A DNA stretch of 64,000 nt. Origin: Candidatus Woesebacteria bacterium (GTDB lineage Bacteria; Patescibacteriota; Microgenomatia; UBA8517). The notes under the pieces were generated by a model. It did no database searches, had not been told where the DNA came from, and saw only the letters and a list, made by a program, of their open reading frames with translations. A program made the translations under genes and the position numbers. Where the stretch lies: positions 145,700 to 209,699 of the forward strand of contig DMZH01000002.1 of the NCBI GenBank assembly GCA_003484955.1, in the 5' to 3' direction. Position 1 is the first letter of the stretch. Each line of letters begins with the position of its first letter. Of this stretch, positions 57,178-64,000 are shown piece after piece.

Positions 57178-58446
57178 ATGAGCAAGATTAAACATATTTG
57201 GGCAAGAGAAATTTTGGATTCCAGGGGTATACCGACGGTGGAGGCAGCATGTTTGCTTGAATCCGGTGAAGTTTCCGTATCCTCAGTTCCCGCAGGTGCC
57301 TCAACCGGAACCCATGAAGCACTGGAACTCCGAGATACACAAAATCCAAGGTATTTGGGTTTGGGCGTACTTCAGGCCGTAAACAATGTAAATACAATTC
57401 TTGGACCGGCACTTGTAGGGATGGATCCGACCGATCAGGAATCTATAGATAAAAAGTTAATAGAACTCGATGGGACGGAAAACAAAACCAAATATGGTGC
57501 GAACGCTGTTCTTTCTGTCTCTGAGGCAGTTGTAAAATGCGGTGCAATGGCCACACACCAGCCTTTATATTCCTGGATTTTCGCATTGGCCACAAAATAC
57601 AATATTTGCCAAAGCGTAAAAATTCCGACACCGCTTTTTAACATGATTAACGGAGGTAGACACGGCGCGGGTAATCTTGATTTTCAGGAATTTTGGGTAA
57701 TCCCCACCAGCTCAAAGAATTTTTCTGAGGGTCTTCAGATTGGGGTTGAAATATACCAAACCATAGGAAAAAATTTAAAACATCGTGGTGCGATTCATTC
57801 TGTCGGAGATGAGGGTGGCTATGCGCCGGATCTTTTTACCAATGCAGATGCTCTGGAGGTTTTTGTGGAATCTATACATCAAACCAACTACTCGCTTGGC
57901 CGTGACGCTCTTTTGGGACTGGATCTTGCCTCAAACAGTTTTTATAAGGACGGGGAATATTTCATCAAGGACCATTCCTCGGCCATGAACGATTTACAGC
58001 TTTCGGATTATTATAAATCGCTTATTGAACAATACAAACTGGCTATAATGGAGGATCCTTTTCATGAAGACGCCTGGGAGACTTGGACAGCTTTTACCGG
58101 ACAGGTTTCTCAATCGACTCTTGTTGTCGGCGACGACCTTTTGGCCACCAATCCGAAGCGTGTAGAGAGGGCCATCAAAGAAAAGTCCTGTAACTCAATT
58201 CTTATTAAACCAAATCAAATTGGTACCATTACGGAGACTTTGCAGGTTATCAAGATGGCCAGAGAAGTAAATTGGAAGATAGTTGTTTCTCACAGGTCAG
58301 GAGAGACAAACGACAGCTTTATTGCAGATTTTGGAGTTGGTGTTTCTGCTGATTATGTTAAGTTTGGCGCTCCCGCAAGAGGTGAGAGAGTAGCCAAATA
58401 TAACCGCCTCTCTACTATTGAAATAGAATTAGGTAGAATTAAATAA
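57178..58446 (+). CDS. eno: Enolase (start at the internal Met MSKIKHIW...)
   Basis: IWAREILDSRGIPTVEA and the enolase signature IKPNQIGTITET. Confidence 0.85.
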   Translation: MSKIKHIWAREILDSRGIPTVEAACLLESGEVSVSSVPAGASTGTHEALELRDTQNPRYLGLGVLQAVNNVNTILGPALVGMDPTDQESIDKKLIELDGTENKTKYGANAVLSVSEAVVKCGAMATHQPLYSWIFALATKYNICQSVKIPTPLFNMINGGRHGAGNLDFQEFWVIPTSSKNFSEGLQIGVEIYQTIGKNLKHRGAIHSVGDEGGYAPDLFTNADALEVFVESIHQTNYSLGRDALLGLDLASNSFYKDGEYFIKDHSSAMNDLQLSDYYKSLIEQYKLAIMEDPFHEDAWETWTAFTGQVSQSTLVVGDDLLATNPKRVERAIKEKSCNSILIKPNQIGTITETLQVIKMAREVNWKIVVSHRSGETNDSFIADFGVGVSADYVKFGAPARGERVAKYNRLSTIEIELGRIK

Positions 58447-60113
58447 TGCAAGATGAATCTTCAAAGACTGTGCTCTTAGTTGTTTTGGACGGCTGGGGAC
58501 TTGCGGCTCCCGGGCCAGGGAACCCTATTTCTCAAGCGGATTTACCCAATATAAGAAAGTTTATGACAGCATTTCCCCACACACAGCTTCAAGCATCGGG
58601 TGAGGCGGTCGGACTACCCAGAGGAGAGGTCGGAAATACGGAAACGGGACACCTTAACCTGGGTGCCGGCAGGATCGTCTATCAAGACCTTTTAAGAATT
58701 AACATGAGCATTGCTGACGGAAGCTTTTACGATAACCCGATACTAATTGGTGCGGTGGATCATGCCAAAACTTTTAACGGAAATCTCCATTTAATGGGGC
58801 TTATCGGTGCAGGGGGGGTTCACAGCAATATTGAACACCTTTATTCCCTGATTGAACTTGCCAAAAAGCACCAATTTAACCGGATTTTTCTGCACTTGTT
58901 CACTGACGGCAGAGATTCTCCTCCAACCGCAGCCAAAACTTACATAAGCCAACTGAGAGGGGTTCTTGACAAGCGTGGCGTTGGTCAAATTGCCTCAATT
59001 ATGGGCAGATATTGGGCGATGGACAGAGATATGCGTTGGGACAGGACCGCCAAAGCATATTTTGCCTTGACCAAAGGAGAGGGACATCTTTTCAAAACTC
59101 CCGAAGAAGCAATTGATGCATCCTATGCCGAGGGAAAAACGGATGAATTTATTGAGCCCTGCATAATAACTACCCAGGAAGGTAAACCTATAGGAACCAT
59201 AAAACCCAACGATGCTGTAATATTTTTTAATTTTAGAATTGACCGGCCCAGACAACTTTCCAGGGCCTTTACTTTTCAGGATTTTTCTAAAGCAAATTTA
59301 CCCGTCGGATTTGACCCTTACCTGGTTAAATATCAAAAGTCCCATCTTGCAACTCAAATCACCGGTTCCACAGAACCTTTTATCAGAGGTCCGAAACTTG
59401 ACAATCTTTATTTTGCGACAATGACGCAGTATGAAAAATCCATTGAAGAATCCGGTGCTAAAGTTGTATTTCCACCCGAAGCTGTAAAATTGCCTCTTGG
59501 CGCAGTTATTTCCGGCGCAGGCTACAAACAACTTCGCGTATCCGAAAGCGAAAAGGAAAGATTTGTAACGTTTTATTTTAACGGTCAGCAGGAAGTGGCA
59601 TTCGACGGTGAAGAACGTTTAATTATTCCTTCTCCGAAAGTAAACACTTACGATCTTAAGCCTGAAATGAGTGCCAGAGAAATTACAGAGAATGTTTTGG
59701 AAAAACTAAAAATTCAGGGTCAATATAGATTTGTTCTTATAAATTTCGCTAATCCGGATATGGTAGGACACACCGGTAATATTGGAGCTGCAGTTAAAGC
59801 ATGTGAGGTTGTAGATGAATGTATAGGTAAACTGGGGGATTGGGCGATGGCTTATGGAGGATATATGATTATAACAGCCGACCACGGAAACGTGGAGGAA
59901 ATGATTGATCAGGCAACGGGGACCATAGAAACCGAACATAGCGCCAGCCCTGTTCCTTTCATAATTGTTTCGCAAAAACTGATGGGAAAGCCCGTCACTC
60001 TTACTTCGGGAATTCTTGCAGACATAGCGCCAACTATTCTAAATATCCTGGGAATTACCGTTCCCTCCAATATGACGGGTCATAATTTACTGGATTCACA
60101 ATTCAAATTGTAA
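58446..60113 (+). CDS. gpmI: 2,3-bisphosphoglycerate-independent phosphoglycerate mutase
   Basis: LLVVLDGWGL, catalytic Ser region and TADHGN metal site; 555 aa. Confidence 0.8.
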   Translation: MQDESSKTVLLVVLDGWGLAAPGPGNPISQADLPNIRKFMTAFPHTQLQASGEAVGLPRGEVGNTETGHLNLGAGRIVYQDLLRINMSIADGSFYDNPILIGAVDHAKTFNGNLHLMGLIGAGGVHSNIEHLYSLIELAKKHQFNRIFLHLFTDGRDSPPTAAKTYISQLRGVLDKRGVGQIASIMGRYWAMDRDMRWDRTAKAYFALTKGEGHLFKTPEEAIDASYAEGKTDEFIEPCIITTQEGKPIGTIKPNDAVIFFNFRIDRPRQLSRAFTFQDFSKANLPVGFDPYLVKYQKSHLATQITGSTEPFIRGPKLDNLYFATMTQYEKSIEESGAKVVFPPEAVKLPLGAVISGAGYKQLRVSESEKERFVTFYFNGQQEVAFDGEERLIIPSPKVNTYDLKPEMSAREITENVLEKLKIQGQYRFVLINFANPDMVGHTGNIGAAVKACEVVDECIGKLGDWAMAYGGYMIITADHGNVEEMIDQATGTIETEHSASPVPFIIVSQKLMGKPVTLTSGILADIAPTILNILGITVPSNMTGHNLLDSQFKL

Positions 60114-60132
60114 CCTGTATACTTTTTAAATC

Positions 60133-60762
60133 ATGGATAACATTATGCGAATACTCGCAGATTTTTTGACATCCTTTATCTCCTCTTATGGGTATTTTGC
60201 CGTCTTTATTTTTATGACCGCAGAGAGCGCCCTAATCCCCATCCCGTCTGAGGTAACAATGACCTTTGCGGGGTTTTTGAGCGGAATCGGAATAATGAAT
60301 ATCTGGGTTGTAATACTAATCGGCGCCTTCGGAAATCTTGTCGGTTCCCTTCTCGCTTTTTGGCTGGGAAGAAAAATGGGTGAGGAATGGATAAGAGTAG
60401 CCATCAGAAAATGGGGAAAGTGGGTTCTCATTCATGAGAAAGACTTTGATAAAGCACTCGTTTGGTTTGGTAAATATGGTCAGGGTATAACTTTCGGGTC
60501 ACGCCTCCTTCCAATCGTCAGAACTTTCATTTCACTTCCCGCAGGAATTGCCAACATGGACATTAAGCTCTTCAGTCTGCTTACTTTTATCGGTTCTTTT
60601 ATTTGGTCGGCAGTTTTAGCCTTTATTGGTCTTAAACTCGGCCAAAACTGGAATGCAATTGAACCGATCTTTCGAAAATTCCAGTACTTAATAGTTGGAG
60701 TCTTTTTTGCCTTAGCAGTTCTTTACGTCTGGAACCACTTCAGAAAGAATAAAAAGGAGTAG
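60133..60762 (+). CDS. DedA family membrane protein
   Basis: FMTAESALIPIPSEV and GxxxG-rich re-entrant helices typical of DedA/Tvp38. Confidence 0.6.
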   Translation: MDNIMRILADFLTSFISSYGYFAVFIFMTAESALIPIPSEVTMTFAGFLSGIGIMNIWVVILIGAFGNLVGSLLAFWLGRKMGEEWIRVAIRKWGKWVLIHEKDFDKALVWFGKYGQGITFGSRLLPIVRTFISLPAGIANMDIKLFSLLTFIGSFIWSAVLAFIGLKLGQNWNAIEPIFRKFQYLIVGVFFALAVLYVWNHFRKNKKE

Positions 60763-60793
60763 TTAGTTAGTTCTTTGGATATATGCAAAAACT

Positions 60794-61417
60794 TCAGTTT
60801 TTATATCTCCGTATCAACCCGACGACCCGCCCCTGAATGCGAACATTTTTAACAAAAATCGGCTGCATTGTAGAATTGGCCGGCTGAAGTCTGATGCGTG
60901 TTGCCTCTTTATAAAATCTCTTCAGAGTTGCCATACCATTATCAAGAAGGGCTACGACGACATCTCCATCTTTGGCATGTTCAGTTTGTTCGACGATAAC
61001 ATTATCTCCGTCCCTAATTCCGTCCTCTATCATACTTTCACCCCTTACTTGCAACACATAGGTTCTTTTGCTTCCGCTTACAAACGATGCCGGAATATTC
61101 ATTGAAGCATTGGGGTCGGTATAGGCTTCGATGGGTAAACCGGCTGCAATATAACCTAAAATAGGAACATTAAAGTTTTCACTCTTTTCAAGACTAGTAT
61201 CTCCCTCAGTCAGTTCAATTGAACGGACTTTTCCCTGTTTTCTTTTAATAAGTCCTTTTGCCTCAAGTGACTGCAGGTGTTCGTGAACCGTGGCTAGTGA
61301 AGAAACACCGATAGCCTCCGCAATTTGTTTGAGAGTGGGGGCTGACCCATTTAATTCAATATACTGTTTTATAAAACCTAAAATTTGCCTTTGTTTTCTG
61401 TAAACTATTAGTGCCAT
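60794..61417 (-). CDS. lexA: LexA repressor (S24 peptidase)
   Basis: N-terminal wHTH. C-terminal VRGESMIEDGIRDGDNVIV (catalytic Ser) and cleavage-site/Lys region. Confidence 0.75.
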   Translation of the reverse strand: MALIVYRKQRQILGFIKQYIELNGSAPTLKQIAEAIGVSSLATVHEHLQSLEAKGLIKRKQGKVRSIELTEGDTSLEKSENFNVPILGYIAAGLPIEAYTDPNASMNIPASFVSGSKRTYVLQVRGESMIEDGIRDGDNVIVEQTEHAKDGDVVVALLDNGMATLKRFYKEATRIRLQPANSTMQPIFVKNVRIQGRVVGLIRRYKN

Positions 61418-61512
61418 ACCTTAGATTAATTTACAAACATTACCCGAACATTGCAACTGGATCTTTCTTGTTCAAACCCAAACATATCCCAAACGTATGT
61501 TAAAATAACTAA

Positions 61513-63531
61513 ATGAAATTCAAGCTTAATTCAAATTATAAACCGATTCCTGATCAAGAAACTGCTGTTAACTCTCTTAGCGAGGGAATTCTCTCCGGCG
61601 AAAAATATCAAACATTGCTTGGGGTAACAGGAAGTGGAAAAACTTTTACAATGGCCAACGTTATTGAAAAAGTTCAAAGGCCGACTCTCATTATTTCGCA
61701 CAACAAAACCCTGGCAGCCCAACTCTATCAGGAAATGCGTGACCTCTTTTCGAAAAATGCAGTTTCATACTTCGTTTCGTACTATGACTATTATCAGCCG
61801 GAGGCATACATTCCCTCAACAGATACCTACATTGAAAAGGACGCCGATATAAACGAAACAATAGACAAGCTTCGTCTTGCCGCAACAACAAACTTACTGA
61901 CCAGGTCCGATACAATAGTGGTTGCTTCCGTATCCTGCATTTACAACATTGGTTCTCCCCGTGAATACGGTCATTTTGTTCTTGAAATTACTGAGGGTAT
62001 GAAAGTAGGAAGAGAACAAATTATCGACAGGATCGTCGATTTACAATACGAAAGAAGTGATTTTGGATTCAACCGCGGAACTTTCAGAGTCAGGGGGAAT
62101 GTAATTGATATTTACCCTGCTTATCTGGACGAGGGAATTCATATTGAATTCGATGAAGATAAAATTCAGAAAATAGAAATGATTAACCCTGTTACCGGAA
62201 CTGTAACCAAAAGTAAAAACGGATTCGACCCAACAACCTTTGTTCTTTATCCTGCTAAGCATTTTATGACCAATCCGGATAATTATGGAGAGGTTTTCGC
62301 AAAAATAATGTTCGACCTTGATAAAAGAGTAAAAGAACTAAAATCCGAGGGAAAAGAACTGGAAGCGCACAGAATTGCCCAAAAAGTTACATATGACATG
62401 GAGATGATTAAGGAAGTGGGCTACGTTAAAGGTATCGAGAATTACTCAAGATATTTTGATGGTAGGAGCCCTGGAGACCCTCCTTTTTCTCTCCTCGACT
62501 ATTTCAATGAACCATACAAAGATAAATGGCTGCTTCTTGTCGACGAGTCTCACATGACTTTCCCGCAAATAAGGGGAATGTTTAACGGAGACCTGGCAAG
62601 AAAACAAACTTTGATTGATTATGGTTTCAGGCTTCCCTCTGCCTTGGACAACAGACCCCTGAAATTTGAAGAATTTATGAGAAGAATTCCTAATTTTATA
62701 GCCAGTTCGGCAACACCCAAGGATTGGGAAGTAAGTATGAGTGGCGGCAAAACCACGGAGATTTTGGTTAGACCCACCGGGATTCCGGATCCGTTAGTTG
62801 AAATAAAACCCGTAAAAAATCAGGTAGCCGACGTTATCGAAGAGATCAAGAAAGTTACTTCAAAAAAACAGCGTACTTTGGTTACAACTTTAACCAAAAA
62901 GACCGCGGAGGACTTGACTACATATCTGAACGAACAGGGATTAAAGGTTCAATACCTGCATTCGGATGTGGCTACACTTGACAGAACCGACATTCTGGAT
63001 GATCTTAGGAACGGAAAATATGATGTCCTGGTGGGAATAAACCTTCTCAGAGAAGGCCTGGACCTCCCCGAAGTGAGCCTGGTAGCCATACTTGATGCGG
63101 ACAAAGAAGGATTCCTTCGAAGTGACGTGACCCTTATTCAAACGATGGGTAGGGCCGCCAGACACGTTGAGGGCCGCGTTTTTATGTATGCCGATAAGGT
63201 AACAGGATCAATGGAAAGGGCTCTCTCCGAAGTTAAAAGAAGGCGTGCCTATCAGCTTGAATACAACAAAAAACACAACATTACACCCGTGAGCATTAGT
63301 AAACCAATTCGGGAGCGCATAATTGAGAACCAACAAGGCGAACGGGGTTCCTGGGTATTTGGATCAAAAGAACCGGTTTATGATAGTCTTCCTAATTTGG
63401 AAGTTGACGCAATGACACCTATGGAAAAGAAACGTTTGATTAAAAATTTAACAACCGAAATGCGCATGGCAGCTCAAGATCTGAATTTTGAACTTGCGGC
63501 AGAGATTAGAGATAAGATTAAGGAAATATAA
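61513..63531 (+). CDS. uvrB: Excinuclease ABC subunit B
   Basis: Walker A GVTGSGKTFT, DESH box VDESHMTFPQ, beta-hairpin and C-terminal UVR domain; 672 aa. Confidence 0.85.
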   Translation: MKFKLNSNYKPIPDQETAVNSLSEGILSGEKYQTLLGVTGSGKTFTMANVIEKVQRPTLIISHNKTLAAQLYQEMRDLFSKNAVSYFVSYYDYYQPEAYIPSTDTYIEKDADINETIDKLRLAATTNLLTRSDTIVVASVSCIYNIGSPREYGHFVLEITEGMKVGREQIIDRIVDLQYERSDFGFNRGTFRVRGNVIDIYPAYLDEGIHIEFDEDKIQKIEMINPVTGTVTKSKNGFDPTTFVLYPAKHFMTNPDNYGEVFAKIMFDLDKRVKELKSEGKELEAHRIAQKVTYDMEMIKEVGYVKGIENYSRYFDGRSPGDPPFSLLDYFNEPYKDKWLLLVDESHMTFPQIRGMFNGDLARKQTLIDYGFRLPSALDNRPLKFEEFMRRIPNFIASSATPKDWEVSMSGGKTTEILVRPTGIPDPLVEIKPVKNQVADVIEEIKKVTSKKQRTLVTTLTKKTAEDLTTYLNEQGLKVQYLHSDVATLDRTDILDDLRNGKYDVLVGINLLREGLDLPEVSLVAILDADKEGFLRSDVTLIQTMGRAARHVEGRVFMYADKVTGSMERALSEVKRRRAYQLEYNKKHNITPVSISKPIRERIIENQQGERGSWVFGSKEPVYDSLPNLEVDAMTPMEKKRLIKNLTTEMRMAAQDLNFELAAEIRDKIKEI

Positions 63532-63559
63532 TTGTTTAAAATTATGTTATCATTGACGT

Positions 63560-63760
63560 ATGGAGAATCTAAAAATTAAATTTATAAAGAAATATGCCAA
63601 TTTACCATGGGGAGCTCGAGAAGAAATAATTGCCATTGTTGATGATCAAAATTTCACTTGGAATTCTGCTAATATAGAGATAGATAGGGGTATGAATCCT
63701 CCTACTGAAATAGGTGAAAAAATCCTAAAGCAATTGCAAGAATTGGGGATTCTAGTATGA
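63560..63760 (+). CDS. Hypothetical small protein (66 aa)
   Basis: ORF only. Confidence 0.2.
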   Translation: MENLKIKFIKKYANLPWGAREEIIAIVDDQNFTWNSANIEIDRGMNPPTEIGEKILKQLQELGILV

Positions 63761-64000
63761 AAAACCGAGCAAAGAAAGATATATTAAGTAATAAGAAGAC
63801 TAGAGAACAAGTTCAAAAACTTGTTGTAGCAAGGCTTTCTACGATACCTAGAGATCTTGAGATAGCAATTGGGAATGAGCAATATACAATAAGCGATCTC
63901 CAAAGATTTGTGATGGAAAATAACGATATTGGTAAACAAGTTATGGAATTGCAAATGGAGTATCTTAAGAGAATGGCTTCAGGGGAGATTTATAAAATGT
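63758..64000 (+). CDS. Hypothetical protein, 3' partial (runs off the window)
   Basis: ATG at 63758 overlapping the upstream stop (ATGA). The open frame reaches the window end. Confidence 0.2.

Noticed and set aside
1-64000. CRISPR arrays
   Set aside because: No short direct repeats with regular spacing were seen anywhere in the window. The Cas4-like gene is not accompanied by cas1 or cas2.

Overview
This 64-kb window is low-GC, densely packed with genes and mostly co-directional. The gene content looks most like a CPR/Patescibacteria-type reduced genome, with archaeal-type bifunctional PGI/PMI and PMM, PEP synthase, LysM/Ig-like surface proteins and very little biosynthesis. All calls below come from reading ORF translations for family motifs and from manual repeat and tRNA folding; no database search was run.

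Backbone genes in order:
- 1-11.4 kb: ftsZ (5' partial), a Cys-rich small ORF, NUDIX hydrolase, greA-like, dus, ileS, ftsW/rodA, rplU, rpmA, parB, lepB (-), IMPDH/GMP-reductase-like (-).
- 11.5-14.0 kb: tRNA-Val(CAC), a bis-heme ferric-reductase-like membrane protein, and a large secreted lipase-like alpha/beta hydrolase.
- 14.0-24.4 kb: a surface-glycan locus with a SAM methyltransferase, GNAT, DegT aminotransferase, GT4/GT2 glycosyltransferases, a Wzx-like flippase, a GT2 domain fused to a GT-C-like (ArnT/PMT-like) membrane domain, an O-antigen-ligase-like protein and an Ig-like surface protein.
- 36.3-37.5 kb: three minus-strand tRNAs (Thr-CGT, Gly-CCC, and an Asp-GTC gene split by a ~190-nt intervening sequence) and a LysM protein.
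- 37.5-64 kb: PolX, LemA, HtpX, gatC-gatA-(MFS)-gatB, a GGDEF cyclase, dnaE, rplS, ruvC, a holA-like gene, PMM/PGM, PGI/PMI, ppsA, eno, gpmI, DedA, lexA (-), uvrB.

The most interesting feature is a ~12-kb accessory island at 24.4-36.3 kb. A ~9.9-kb cassette is bracketed by perfect 187-bp inverted repeats. It carries a retron-type reverse transcriptase directly upstream of a Type III restriction-modification Mod+Res pair in one tight co-directional cluster, an overlapping XRE HTH gene, a Cas4/RecB-like Fe-S PD-(D/E)xK nuclease and a RusA-like resolvase. It also contains a GC-rich ~500-nt noncoding stretch with several UUCG-tetraloop hairpins, which looks like a structured RNA. Immediately to the right, a large serine recombinase gene is itself bracketed by near-perfect 49/50-bp inverted repeats whose outer ends abut the 187-bp repeat on one side and the 3' end of tRNA-Thr on the other. 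The RT/Type III R-M/Cas4-like cluster and the nested inverted-repeat architecture are the candidates for an undescribed system.
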